Below are positions 8,569 to 18,983 of a DNA stretch of 44,930 nucleotides, piece by piece. The notes beneath the pieces were generated by a model, which saw only the letters and a list, made by a program, of their open reading frames with translations, was not told where the DNA came from and ran no database searches. The position numbers were made by a program, and so were the translations under genes. How positions within the stretch are numbered: the first letter of the stretch is position 1; every line of letters starts with the position of its first letter. The stretch lies in sequence record SRR31156797_4875; one strand, written 5' to 3'.

Positions 8569-8576
8569 CAAAGATA
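8569..8576 (-). promoter_or_regulatory. Bacteroidota -7 promoter box (TATCTTTG)
   Basis: Matches TAnnTTTG 16 nt upstream of the ATG at 8552. Confidence 0.6.
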
Positions 8577-8606
8577 TACCATTTTCGTTAACAAAAACCC
8601 GAAAAC

Positions 8607-8636
8607 AAAAAGAGGCTACCAAATTAGCAGCCTCTT
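8607..8636 (-). terminator. Rho-independent terminator of the T9SS cargo gene
   Basis: AAGAGGCT 8610-8617 pairs with AGCCTCTT 8629-8636, with an A-run on the + strand. Confidence 0.7.
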
Positions 8637-8659
8637 AATTAAATATAGCATTCTAATTA

Positions 8660-11062
8660 CTATCGTTTAATATATTTTTCAACTTGGAGCTGATCAACAT
8701 CTAATAAATACAAGCCCTTGCTCCATGAATCTGTTGCAATTTTTGAACCTGCTTCAAGATTAGAAATAACTTCCACAACTTTTCCGGACATATCATAAAC
8801 AGTTACACTGCTAACAGCGTCATTTACTTGAATATAATCAGAAAATAAGGAAATTAAGTTTTCTTTACCTGCCTTATTCATTCCTGTTGAAATATTTTTC
8901 ATTCCAAACAACAAGTCATGCTCCGACCAACTAGAGTTATTTATGGTAACCTTATAAATAGCGTTATCAGAACCATCTCCATCCGTATCAAAACCTTCAG
9001 TAAGTGCATTAAAAGTATTATCCACAGTATAATCTCCACTACCTAAATCAGGTATAAGACCTCCTAAATCCGCACTGGTTGTAGGCATATCGTTTTCATC
9101 AAACCCTAGCACGTTAATTAAAAATGCATCTGATAGCAAACCTGTAAGATGCGCTTCATATCCGGCTTCTCCATTTACACGCATTCCTATTCTATCTGAA
9201 GAAGCAGTTAAAGTCATTCCCATATCGTGAGAATACAAATCACCATAAAATACAGAACCATAGGCACTAACTCCTCCCGTATGCACTGGATCGCAACTAA
9301 TTGTTAAGCCACAAGATGCTCCAAAATCTCCAGTTGCAGAATGAACAGGATCAACAATTACCATATCAATAATCAGTCTATTTTCTTCTGCTCCTTTAAC
9401 TATTGAGCAAGCATTAATTATACTTCCGGCTGCAACAAAATTAATTTCTTTATCCGTTGAATATGTATACTCAAGGTGCAATGATGTTCCTGCATCCAGA
9501 TATGAACCTGCTAATTCATCTTCCAGGTTATTCGCTTCTCCTTCATTTTCTTTAATCCAGAAACCCATACCATATAAATTCTCTGCCATCAAGAAAGAAT
9601 TCATGGTTGCTGCTGTTAATCCATTTAAGGTTGGTACAACATAGTTACCATCTCCTAATGCAGTAAAATATCCAGTATAATCTTCATCCGGGTTATAAAA
9701 CTCAGAAGCAGATACATCCAATGTGAAATCATCAACAATATTAATCTGATCTTCCATATAAATATCAACACCTGTTAGATCATCTCCTGCAATTAGAATT
9801 TCACCATTAGCATACATAGGTTCATTTTCTTCATCTAATTGTCCATCGCCATTTATATCGATAAATGACAACAACACATACGAACCATTTACTAAATCGG
9901 TAAGATTATAAACATCAGGATATGAAGGATCAGGAAGAATAATTGAGCCCACCGGATTTGAGAAATCTCCTGCCATCCAATCTTCAAGGCTAAATAAAAG
10001 AATATACAAAGTTTCGGCAGAAGAGCCATCATAGGTAATATTTCCACTTAAAGTATAAGAATCATTTACTGTAAATGCCCAGTCATCTGTAAACCCTACA
10101 AAAGTATTCCCTGCCAAATCGGTAACAACATCAGCACCCATATCAACATAATAAGTTGCTCCTGTTTCCAATGGCAAATAAGCCGATGCATCAATATACA
10201 AGGTTCTCTCATCCTCGCTATCCGTATAAACTACAGAGGAATTATCTGTACTAAAAGTTAAATCTGTTGCTGGATCAGTATCATCACTTCGTAAGTGAAT
10301 CGTCTTTCCTCCAATAATTTCAATAGATTCTTCGAACTCTACTGCAAGAATTCCTGAATTAGTCAAGTTTGACAAATCAGATGTAACCGAAGACATATCT
10401 TCTGGGTTTATAGCATATACACCTGCAAAATGACTATCGGTTAACGATGGCATAACCACATTGGACTGCACAGAATTATCTTCATTTGCCATAATCATGT
10501 AATACTCACCGGAAGGTGCACTCGCTGGAATTGTTAGGTTATATGTTCCTAATGATGCATCGACAGATTCTCCTGTAATGACATCACCAAAAGTATTTCC
10601 TCCATCAGTTGACATTCTAACATCTAAAGTTGTAATTCCAGGGGTACAGACCCATGTAAATACAATATCCTCCAGTGTAATATAATCCGTTTTGTCAATA
10701 CTAATTTTAACAGACTCTTCAAGAAATAAATTAACCGGAGTAGATTCTGTAGCTCCGTTGGCATCTTTTAATTTAAAAAGATACTCACCAGCATCAGCCT
10801 CCACAGGTATTGAATATACGTAGCTTTCATCATCTGCACTAAAAGGGGCAGATACCACCTGATATGAGCTACCTTCATCAACCGAGAGCAATAACTCCAA
10901 CGTTGTAATTTCACCACTATAATTCCATTCGAAAGTTACCTCATCCACTACTTTATAGGAAGTATCATTACCTGGAGAAGTAATGGAAATACTTTGTGCA
11001 TTTAGGGTAGATGTAAAAAGCACACAAAGTATTCCTGCTAAAAGAAATAAATTGTTTTTCAT
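8660..11062 (-). CDS. T9SS type-A-sorted acidic surface protein with Ig-like repeats
   Basis: Start reassigned to MKNNLFLLAG (11062), supported by a signal peptide and a -7 box. Two related beta-sandwich repeats, a Big_5-like segment (VTDLAGN..WAFTV), DINGDGQLD motif, and C-terminal VYDMSGKVV..SKGLYLL..KYIKR sorting domain. Confidence 0.85.
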   Translation of the reverse strand: MKNNLFLLAGILCVLFTSTLNAQSISITSPGNDTSYKVVDEVTFEWNYSGEITTLELLLSVDEGSSYQVVSAPFSADDESYVYSIPVEADAGEYLFKLKDANGATESTPVNLFLEESVKISIDKTDYITLEDIVFTWVCTPGITTLDVRMSTDGGNTFGDVITGESVDASLGTYNLTIPASAPSGEYYMIMANEDNSVQSNVVMPSLTDSHFAGVYAINPEDMSSVTSDLSNLTNSGILAVEFEESIEIIGGKTIHLRSDDTDPATDLTFSTDNSSVVYTDSEDERTLYIDASAYLPLETGATYYVDMGADVVTDLAGNTFVGFTDDWAFTVNDSYTLSGNITYDGSSAETLYILLFSLEDWMAGDFSNPVGSIILPDPSYPDVYNLTDLVNGSYVLLSFIDINGDGQLDEENEPMYANGEILIAGDDLTGVDIYMEDQINIVDDFTLDVSASEFYNPDEDYTGYFTALGDGNYVVPTLNGLTAATMNSFLMAENLYGMGFWIKENEGEANNLEDELAGSYLDAGTSLHLEYTYSTDKEINFVAAGSIINACSIVKGAEENRLIIDMVIVDPVHSATGDFGASCGLTISCDPVHTGGVSAYGSVFYGDLYSHDMGMTLTASSDRIGMRVNGEAGYEAHLTGLLSDAFLINVLGFDENDMPTTSADLGGLIPDLGSGDYTVDNTFNALTEGFDTDGDGSDNAIYKVTINNSSWSEHDLLFGMKNISTGMNKAGKENLISLFSDYIQVNDAVSSVTVYDMSGKVVEVISNLEAGSKIATDSWSKGLYLLDVDQLQVEKYIKR

Positions 11063-11093
11063 TATTAGATAAGTTAGTTTATAAATTCGTCGG

Positions 11094-11101
11094 CAAATAT
11101 A
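11094..11101 (-). promoter_or_regulatory. Bacteroidota -7 promoter box (TATATTTG)
   Basis: TAnnTTTG match about 30 nt upstream of ATG 11062. Confidence 0.6.
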
Positions 11102-11270
11102 TACGAATCTTTTTCTTTTTAGTTCCAGCATTCTAAAATTTAAAGTATTTATTTTACTTAAATAACTATTCAATATACTTATGCATTAGTCACTGCAGGA
11201 AATCATCGAATTAATTCTTTGATGATAAAAACTATTTATACTTTTATAAAAATTCATTAATTATATAAAC

Positions 11271-12089
11271 ATGAGAAACAAAGTATCACCTATTATTTTA
11301 GGCCTGTTTATTGGAGCCGCCATATTACTCATCATTTTTGGAAGTAGAATGTTCCATATCATTCAACCAGGCGAAAGAGCGGTTATATTTAAGCCATATA
11401 CGATCGGTTTAGATTTAAACAATATTAAATCAGAAGGTTTAACCGTTATTGCACCATGGAATCAAGTAATTACATACAAAGTAAAAGAACAAACCAGAGA
11501 AGAGACTATGGATGTATTAGATAAAAACAGTATGTCTATTAATATGGATATCACTGTCCGTTTTAATCCTGTGTACAATAAAATAGGTACGCTACATCAA
11601 AAGTTCGGTAAAGATTATATTAATGTATTAGTGATTCCAGAAGTAAGATCTGTGGTAAGAAGTGTTACAGGAAGGTATACTGCAGAAGAATTATTCTCTA
11701 CCAAAAGAAAAGAAGTTGAAGATTTAATCAAGCAGGAAACTTCTCAGGTTTTAAAAGATAACAATATTGAATTACGTGCGCTATTAATTCGTTCAATCCA
11801 GTTACCCGCTCAAATTAAGGCTGCTATTGAGAGTAAATTAAAGCAAGAACAAGAGGCTTTAGCTTACCAGTTTAAATTAGACAAAGAGAAAAGTGAGGCT
11901 GAAAGAAGAAGAATTGAAGCTGAAGGTATAGCTAACTACAACCGAATTATCAACGCCAGTTTAACACAAAGTATTCTTAAACAAAAAGGTATTGATGCAA
12001 CCATAAAATTATCAGAATCACCTAATGCAAAAGTAGTCGTTATTGGGTCTGGCAAAGACGGTTTACCTCTTATTTTAGGAAATAACTAA
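11271..12089 (+). CDS. SPFH/prohibitin family membrane protein
   Basis: N-terminal TM, IQPGERAVIF, RSVTGRYTAEELFS, AAIESKL, coiled-coil tail EAERRRIEAEG. Confidence 0.92.
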   Translation: MRNKVSPIILGLFIGAAILLIIFGSRMFHIIQPGERAVIFKPYTIGLDLNNIKSEGLTVIAPWNQVITYKVKEQTREETMDVLDKNSMSINMDITVRFNPVYNKIGTLHQKFGKDYINVLVIPEVRSVVRSVTGRYTAEELFSTKRKEVEDLIKQETSQVLKDNNIELRALLIRSIQLPAQIKAAIESKLKQEQEALAYQFKLDKEKSEAERRRIEAEGIANYNRIINASLTQSILKQKGIDATIKLSESPNAKVVVIGSGKDGLPLILGNN

Positions 12090-12102
12090 TAAGTCATAAA
12101 CA

Positions 12103-12139
12103 AAACAAGAGACTGCCCATATTGAACAGTCTCTTGTTT
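12103..12139. terminator. Bidirectional terminator between convergent genes
   Basis: Perfect 13-bp stem AAACAAGAGACTG 12103-12115 / CAGTCTCTTGTTT 12127-12139. Confidence 0.85.
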
Positions 12140-12157
12140 CTTCAAATATCTATGCGT

Positions 12158-13165
12158 CTAATAATAAGCTTGACTTCCGGAGGTACTTGTACCCGTAATT
12201 ACAATATCGCCTTTTCCTATCTTCAATGATTTCTTTTTCGATTTACCCATCGCTCGCAAATAAGAGTTATCTGACTTCAATACAAATGCCAGATTTTCTT
12301 TTGAGCTCATTTGAATTTTCACATTCCCTTCTGTTGAAGTAATCGAAGATGAACCGGTAAAATGCACTCTGGTTCCTGTAATAGTTCCTGTAGAGGTTTC
12401 AATTTCATGAACGCCTTCTGTATTAAATAACTTTATCGCTCCATCAAACAATCTACAACTAATATTCCCTTTTGCTAAAGATAATTTTGTATCGCCACTA
12501 GTTGATTTTAGCTTTACATTTCCTTCAACATTTTCTATTTCCTGAGTACCGGTACCACCCCAAACTGTCAGGTTTCCTTTAATATTTTTAATTATGGATT
12601 CGCCTTTATTGTTTGTAATATCGCAATCTCCGGCTACATTACTAATAATCACCGAACCTGATTTAGTTTTCCCTTTCAAAGCACCTTTCATTCCATCAAC
12701 TTTCAAATCTCCAGCTGGTGAATCTGAATAAACAGCACCTTCAAAATTCCTCAAAACCACATGCCCTGATTTTGAAACTACATTCAAATTCATTCCTTTC
12801 ACATCAACAGCCTCTACTTTTCCAGACTGAGTATTGATTTCAACATTTAATGATTTCGGAATTGACAGATTAATTTCTCCCCAATGAGATCTCCATTGCG
12901 CAGGCGTTTCAACTTTAATACTTAAAACTCCATCAATAAGGCTTGTTTCTAATTTGTATTGATCTTTGTTTTCTTCTGCTTTTATCTCCCCTTCAAAGGA
13001 AACTTCACTGTTTTCACTACCAGTAATGTTAACGGCACAAAAATCACCATCAACCTTAATACTTTTTACACCTTCAAATGCATCTTTTTTTTGTGTAGCA
13101 ATTTCCTGAGCTATCCCAGTAAAACATAGTCCTAATCCTAAGATACCAAGAATAAGTTTTCTCAT
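12158..13165 (-). CDS. DUF4097-family beta-strand-repeat exported protein
   Basis: Likely start MRKLILG (13165) with a signal peptide. Repeated T.SG.V/I..N..G units. Confidence 0.8.
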   Translation of the reverse strand: MRKLILGILGLGLCFTGIAQEIATQKKDAFEGVKSIKVDGDFCAVNITGSENSEVSFEGEIKAEENKDQYKLETSLIDGVLSIKVETPAQWRSHWGEINLSIPKSLNVEINTQSGKVEAVDVKGMNLNVVSKSGHVVLRNFEGAVYSDSPAGDLKVDGMKGALKGKTKSGSVIISNVAGDCDITNNKGESIIKNIKGNLTVWGGTGTQEIENVEGNVKLKSTSGDTKLSLAKGNISCRLFDGAIKLFNTEGVHEIETSTGTITGTRVHFTGSSSITSTEGNVKIQMSSKENLAFVLKSDNSYLRAMGKSKKKSLKIGKGDIVITGTSTSGSQAYY

Positions 13166-13210
13166 AATTTTATTTTGTTGAGTTATTATTACCATATTTA
13201 CTCAATTTCC

Positions 13211-13236
13211 TACGTGTGTAGTTTTTTTAAGTTTCA
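13211..13236 (-). promoter_or_regulatory. ECF-sigma promoter TGAAAC-N16-CGTA
   Basis: Minus strand TGAAAC (13236-13231), 16-nt spacer, CGTA (13214-13211), 45 nt upstream of ATG 13165. Confidence 0.6.
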
Positions 13237-13392
13237 AGATTTATTTTATTTGTATTTGAAACAACAGAGTAGAAAAATCCTTATCATTTATCTAAAATGT
13301 TTTGATGTTTATCAATTCTAACAAGCTTAGAATTAATAAATACATTTTTATTAAGTTATTTCGTTAATTTTACGCTAACTAATTTTTGAGTA

Positions 13393-14340
13393 GTGAATTT
13401 CAAAAAACTAAGAATTCTATACGTATACAGCAGCCAGGAGATATTTGCCAGAACACTTTTGGTAACCACGCAAGGTGAATCGCTACAAAAAAAAGGTGTT
13501 AATGTTGAATATTATGACATAACCGGTAAAGGTATAAGCAATTACTTAACTCATATATTCAAACTACGCCATTTTATTAAACAAGGTAACTTTGATATTG
13601 TCCATGCCCAATTTGGTTATTCAGGTTTTACTTGTGCATTTGCAGGCAAAACGCCTTTAGTTGTTTCATTAATGGGATCAGACTATCGTCTGGAAAAAGC
13701 AACTGCAATTATCACTCGAATTTTCTCAAAATTATTTTGGAATAAAACCATTGTAAAATCTCAAAAGATGTATAAAAGTCTGCGAATAAAAGATGCGCAG
13801 ATTATTCCTAACGGGATTGACTTTGCCAGATTTAAACCGATAGATAGAGAGATTGCTCGTAGACAAGCCGGATTTAGCTCTTCTGCCCATGTGCTTTGGG
13901 TGTCTGATCCGGAAAGAAAAGAAAAAAACTTCGCTCTTGCACGGGAAGCATTTTCTCATTTAGAATCGGAAGACGTTGAGTTAACAATTGTTAATAATGT
14001 TGAGATAGATAAAGTCCCCTCATATTATTATGCAGCTGACGTTTTGCTCTTAACTTCAATTTGGGAAGGCTCACCTAACGTTATTAAAGAAGCAATGGCC
14101 TGTTCACTTCCTATTGTTTCTACCGATGTAGGTGATGTAGCAGACATAACAAAAGATGTTGACGGCTGCTTTATTGTTAAACCGGATCCGGAAGAGTTAG
14201 CCAACGCTTTAGATACTGCTTTACATTTTGGCAAGAGAACCAACGGTCGTGAAAAAATCAAAAACTTAGATGTTGATAATATCTCAGACCAACTATTGCA
14301 AGTTTATCAAAATGTACTTGCAGGCAACAAGTCCTCATAA
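13393..14340 (+). CDS. GT4 family glycosyltransferase
   Basis: FDIVHAQ, IIPNGID and EGSPNVIKEAMACSLPIVSTDVG (EX7E motif). GTG start. Confidence 0.92.
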   Translation: MNFKKLRILYVYSSQEIFARTLLVTTQGESLQKKGVNVEYYDITGKGISNYLTHIFKLRHFIKQGNFDIVHAQFGYSGFTCAFAGKTPLVVSLMGSDYRLEKATAIITRIFSKLFWNKTIVKSQKMYKSLRIKDAQIIPNGIDFARFKPIDREIARRQAGFSSSAHVLWVSDPERKEKNFALAREAFSHLESEDVELTIVNNVEIDKVPSYYYAADVLLLTSIWEGSPNVIKEAMACSLPIVSTDVGDVADITKDVDGCFIVKPDPEELANALDTALHFGKRTNGREKIKNLDVDNISDQLLQVYQNVLAGNKSS

Positions 14341-14363
14341 CCATCTAAACATTTTTCAGTATT

Positions 14364-15992
14364 ATGAATAAGCTATTTGCCTCTTTTTGCATAGTTATAA
14401 TATTTATTTTCCCTAATGCCTTTTCCCAGGAAGTGCCTCAGCACATAAGTAATGAATCTATTTATGATTTTATAGATGAATTAGCTAACAAGCATATTAT
14501 TGAGATAAACTCTGCTGTAAAACCATATTCAAGAATCCAAATAGCACAGTTTTTATCAGAGGCAAATACGAGCAATAATCTTACTCCGCGTCAACGTAAA
14601 GAGATTAACTTCTATTTAAAAGATTATAATAAAGAATTACACAAGCAAAAAGACTTCGATAAACGATTTGATGTATTTTATTACAGCGATTCAACTTTTA
14701 AACTATCAGTAAATGGAATTTTAGGAGGAAGAGCTTACTACAACGGCAATGATCTTGTTCAGCACAGATGGAATGGAGCACAGTTTTTTGGATATTGGGG
14801 AAACAGGTTGTCATTTTACGGAAGTCTAAGAGATAACTACGAAAGTGAATCTCTTGGAGGTCCCGATTTACTCACACAACATCCTGGAGCTGTTTATAAA
14901 TTAGGTGCTGATAAAAAAGATTATAGCGAGGCTCGAGGTGGCATAATCTATAATTGGAAATCGGGAAGCATTGGCATTGTAAAGGATCATTTTGCGTGGG
15001 GAAATAATTATCATGGATCAAATATCTTTTCCGGAAGGACTCCAAGCTTTGCCCAAATTAAATTTCATTTTAAACCAGTTAAGTGGCTCGAAGTAAATTA
15101 CATTCATGGCTGGTTAGCCTCCGAAGTCGTGGACAGTGCCCGATCTTATAATCTTTACAATGACACCAGAAGAGTATTTACCAATAAATTCTTAGCAGCC
15201 AACCTCTTTACGCTCAAACCGTGGAAGAAATTTAACTTCTCTTTCGGAAACAGCATTATTTATAGTGACGGCAATATTAATCCTACTTACTTTATACCTT
15301 TTCTATTTTATAAATCTGCCGATCATTCATACAATGGTTCCAGAAACAGCGCTGGCCATAATACGCAAATGTTCTTCGATATCAGCAGTCGTCAAATAAA
15401 AAATTTACATTTATATACCAGTGTTTTTATTGATGAGATAGCCATCTCTAATATGTTCGATAAAGAAAAGCAATCAAATTTTATAAGCATCAAGCTTGGA
15501 GCCAGAGCCACTGATCTATTGCCAAATCTGAGTCTGACAGCAGAATACACACGTTCCAACCCATTTACTTACACTCATTATATTCCTTCTTTAACCTACG
15601 AAAGTAATCACTACAACCTTGGCCATTATTTAAAAGACAACGCTGACGAGATATATACAGCCATACGATACAAACCAATAAGAGGGTTAGATTTATTGCT
15701 ATCATATACTCATTTACGAAAAGGACTGGACAACCAAAAGTTACTGGAAGAAAATGAGGAAATAGAGAATCTTTGGGGAGGTAATCGAAAGGGTTATGCC
15801 TTTATGGAGGAAGAAAGATTTAGCAAGAATGCATTAAAACTAACTGTACAGTACCAAATAATTAATGATGCTTTTATTTATGTAGATATTGAGAAATATA
15901 GCACCCATAACAAAGAAACATACAATTATTTGGCAGAACCATATTTAAACAACAATACAATGTTGGCATTTGGATTAAATTTTGGCTTTTAA
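14364..15992 (+). CDS. Capsule assembly Wzi-like outer-membrane protein
   Basis: Signal peptide, N-terminal helical ..KPYSRIQIA.. segment, aromatic-rich beta-barrel pattern, terminal Phe, and polysaccharide gene context. Confidence 0.65.
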   Translation: MNKLFASFCIVIIFIFPNAFSQEVPQHISNESIYDFIDELANKHIIEINSAVKPYSRIQIAQFLSEANTSNNLTPRQRKEINFYLKDYNKELHKQKDFDKRFDVFYYSDSTFKLSVNGILGGRAYYNGNDLVQHRWNGAQFFGYWGNRLSFYGSLRDNYESESLGGPDLLTQHPGAVYKLGADKKDYSEARGGIIYNWKSGSIGIVKDHFAWGNNYHGSNIFSGRTPSFAQIKFHFKPVKWLEVNYIHGWLASEVVDSARSYNLYNDTRRVFTNKFLAANLFTLKPWKKFNFSFGNSIIYSDGNINPTYFIPFLFYKSADHSYNGSRNSAGHNTQMFFDISSRQIKNLHLYTSVFIDEIAISNMFDKEKQSNFISIKLGARATDLLPNLSLTAEYTRSNPFTYTHYIPSLTYESNHYNLGHYLKDNADEIYTAIRYKPIRGLDLLLSYTHLRKGLDNQKLLEENEEIENLWGGNRKGYAFMEEERFSKNALKLTVQYQIINDAFIYVDIEKYSTHNKETYNYLAEPYLNNNTMLAFGLNFGF

Positions 15993-16130
15993 GCTTTTAT
16001 ACCTCTGTATAATCTTAATTTATCATGCATGCTATGCTTTCGGTCAAAGAAAAGTGATCAATATTCAAAATACATTAGTTTATATAAACAATAAATATGA
16101 AATTGAGCCGAAATTAAAAAACTTTACAAT

Positions 16131-17420
16131 ATGTTAGAAAAACTATTAGCCAAAGAAACAAAACTATCGGTAATAGGACTAGGATATGTTGGGCTGCCCA
16201 TAGCTCTTGAGTTTGCTAGAAAAATGGAAGTCGTTGGATTTGATATTAAACAAGATCGAATTGACTTAATGAAAAAAGGGATTGATCCAAGTAAAGAGTT
16301 GGAGAAATCTGCTTTCGAAGGGTGTGATATTTTATTTACAAACAATATAGACGATTTAAAGGAAGCTACATTTCACGTAGTTGCAGTACCAACTCCAATC
16401 AATGAGCATAACCTACCTAATTTAACGCCTCTACTAAGCGCAACCCGCACTGTAGGTAAGGCCTTAAAAAAAGGGGATATTGTTGTATTTGAATCAACTG
16501 TTTACCCTGGCTGTACAGAAGAAGATTGTGTACCTATTTTAGAAGAGGAATCAGGACTTAAATTCGGTACAGACTTTAAAGTTGGTTATTCCCCAGAAAG
16601 AATTAACCCGGGCGATAAAGAGCACACACTAACCAAAATCCTTAAAATTGTATCCGGTAGTGATGAAGAATCATCTAAAATCATTGCAGAAGTATACAAA
16701 TCAATCATAAAAGCAGGTATTTACGAAGCCAGCTCAATAAAAGTAGCAGAAGCTGCAAAAATTATTGAAAACACGCAGCGCGATGTAAACATAGCATTAA
16801 TGAATGAGTTATCATTGATTTTTGATCGCATGAACATCAATACCTACGAAGTATTGGAAGCTGCCGGAACTAAATGGAACTTTTTAAAATTCTTCCCTGG
16901 TTTAGTTGGAGGTCACTGTATTGGTGTAGATCCTTACTACCTTACATACAAAGCCAATGCTTTAGGTTATCATACTAAGATAATAAATGGCGGACGTACC
17001 ATAAACGATAGCATGGGAAGCTACGTTGCTGAAACAACCATTAAAAAGCTAATTAAAAAGGGACATAATGTAAATGGTGCTAAAATCCTTATCATGGGTG
17101 CTACCTTTAAAGAAAATGTAAGTGATATTAGAAACTCTAAAGTTGCTGACGTATACAACGAGTTAGTTTCTTATAGTGCCAATGTCGACGTTGTAGATCC
17201 ATATGCTGATTCTGAGGAACTATTTGAAGAATATGGCTACAAACTTATTCCTGAAATTAAAGATAAATATGCTGCAGTTATAGTTGCTGTCAACCATAAG
17301 GAATACGTTAATTTGGATGAAAAATACTTCCAAAGTATATCTTCTAACGATGCTGTTTTTATTGATATCAAAGGCATTTTTAGAGGGCAAATTAATGAAA
17401 TGGATTATTGGAGTTTATAA
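16131..17420 (+). CDS. Nucleotide-sugar 6-dehydrogenase (UDP-GlcNAc/GalNAc dehydrogenase, WbpO/TviB-like)
   Basis: VIGLGYVG Rossmann motif, ESTVYPG, SPERINPG, AAKIIEN and catalytic GGHCIGVDP. Confidence 0.93.
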   Translation: MLEKLLAKETKLSVIGLGYVGLPIALEFARKMEVVGFDIKQDRIDLMKKGIDPSKELEKSAFEGCDILFTNNIDDLKEATFHVVAVPTPINEHNLPNLTPLLSATRTVGKALKKGDIVVFESTVYPGCTEEDCVPILEEESGLKFGTDFKVGYSPERINPGDKEHTLTKILKIVSGSDEESSKIIAEVYKSIIKAGIYEASSIKVAEAAKIIENTQRDVNIALMNELSLIFDRMNINTYEVLEAAGTKWNFLKFFPGLVGGHCIGVDPYYLTYKANALGYHTKIINGGRTINDSMGSYVAETTIKKLIKKGHNVNGAKILIMGATFKENVSDIRNSKVADVYNELVSYSANVDVVDPYADSEELFEEYGYKLIPEIKDKYAAVIVAVNHKEYVNLDEKYFQSISSNDAVFIDIKGIFRGQINEMDYWSL

Positions 17421-17442
17421 ATCTTCGATAAATAATATAAGT

Positions 17443-17471
17443 AAAGGCTCATTTTCTATGAGCCTTTTTTT
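17443..17471 (+). terminator. Rho-independent terminator
   Basis: AAAGGCTCAT-tttct-ATGAGCCTTT followed by a T-run. Confidence 0.85.
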
Positions 17472-17711
17472 GTCCCAATAAATAGGGATACAAACAACCT
17501 ACCATTCCACACAAACAAAACCTATATTCCTGAATATCTACACATTAACCAATTTAGCTTACATATTTTAGACTGATACATTCTAATATTCAACTTATTA
17601 AGCACCACAATACCCATTTATTGGTATTTCTCACGTCCTCCTGTACTCATATTTTTGTTTTGTCTTTAATGCTCCCCCATTATAAGAAAAGGAAACTATA
17701 AAAAATAAATA

Positions 17712-18914
17712 ATGATGAAGACTATTGTACTTTTAGCAGTCGCCTTATGCACTGCTGCAACATTTGCACAAACGCCAAATGACCAAAATGTTTATCAGAA
17801 TTCTGCACAAAGATTACTTCAAACAGATGGAAATTTAACGATTGGAGGATATGCTGAAGCTCATTTCAACCAAACCTTAAATGGTGATGTTAGAAATAAC
17901 GGAACTTTAGACGTACACCGTGTTGTAATGTTGTTTGGCTACCGTTTTAATGAAAGAACACAATTCATTACAGAACTTGAATTTGAACACGTAAGTGAAG
18001 TATACGTAGAACAAGCATTTCTGCAATATAAAATTAACAATGCCCTAAACCTAAGAGCAGGTTTAATGCTTACTCCAATGGGAATAATCAATGAATACCA
18101 TGAGCCAACAACATTTAATGGAGTAGAGAGACCCACCGTTGATAAAGTTATAGCACCGACTACCTGGCGCGAGGTTGGAGTTGGTTTTGCAGGAACATTA
18201 ACCCCGGCAAAAATGAAGTACCAATTATATGTGATGAACGGTTTCAATGGTTATGATGGTTCTGGAAAATTCAGATCCAAAGATGGCTTAAGAAAAGGAC
18301 GTCAAAAAGGTGCTGAATCCTATATCAGTTCACCTAATTTAGCTACCAAAATTGAATATTTTGGAATAAGAGGACTAAACATTGGATTATCCGGTTACTT
18401 TGGAAAAACACAAAGTACACTTTATGATGGAATTGATAAAAACGATAATGAGGCCTTAGCTAAAGCAGATTCTTCTGTAGTTAATATCTCAATGTTAGGA
18501 GCTGATTTTAGATATTCAAATAGCGGTTTACAATTGAGAGGACAACTTTATTACAACAGTCTCGGGAATACAAAAGAATACAATGAATTTACAGCGACTG
18601 ATGGCAAAAATAACGATCTAGGAAAATCAATGATTGGATATTACATTGAGGCTGGATACGATGTATTTAGCACAATGACTGAGATTAAGACAGCACTTAT
18701 TCCTTTCATACGATATGAGAAATATGATACGCAAAACACTTTAGAGGAAGGAATTGTTAGAAATCCTGCTAACTCAGCAAATATTGTCACTACAGGTTTA
18801 ACCTGGAAAGTTGCTCCAAATGCAGCATTTAAAACGGACTTGCAATTTGTAAAAACAGCAGCTCAAGACAAAGCTGCAACTATTTTCAATGCAGGATTTG
18901 GTGTTATGTTTTAA
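17712..18914 (+). CDS. Outer-membrane beta-barrel porin (OprO/OprP-like family)
   Basis: Signal peptide, TIGGYAEAHFN, HRVVMLFGYRF, ELEFEH, HEPTTFNGVERP and terminal NAGFGVMF. Confidence 0.75.
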   Translation: MMKTIVLLAVALCTAATFAQTPNDQNVYQNSAQRLLQTDGNLTIGGYAEAHFNQTLNGDVRNNGTLDVHRVVMLFGYRFNERTQFITELEFEHVSEVYVEQAFLQYKINNALNLRAGLMLTPMGIINEYHEPTTFNGVERPTVDKVIAPTTWREVGVGFAGTLTPAKMKYQLYVMNGFNGYDGSGKFRSKDGLRKGRQKGAESYISSPNLATKIEYFGIRGLNIGLSGYFGKTQSTLYDGIDKNDNEALAKADSSVVNISMLGADFRYSNSGLQLRGQLYYNSLGNTKEYNEFTATDGKNNDLGKSMIGYYIEAGYDVFSTMTEIKTALIPFIRYEKYDTQNTLEEGIVRNPANSANIVTTGLTWKVAPNAAFKTDLQFVKTAAQDKAATIFNAGFGVMF

Positions 18915-18940
18915 TTGACAACCTTTTAAATTAATATATG

Positions 18941-18962
18941 CCTACCTTTTTAAAAAGGTAGG
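18941..18962. terminator. Intra-operon perfect palindrome/hairpin (attenuator or mRNA stabiliser)
   Basis: CCTACCTTTTTAAAAAGGTAGG is a perfect 22-bp palindrome between the porin and FMN-binding genes. Confidence 0.6.
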
Positions 18963-18983
18963 TTTCTTTATTTCTGAATAATC

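Noticed and set aside
11063-11173. N-terminal extension of the T9SS cargo ORF (likewise priA 35416-35532 and YkgJ 36719-36745)
   Set aside because: The extensions contain the -7 promoter boxes or overlap the upstream gene. Downstream starts give proper N-termini.
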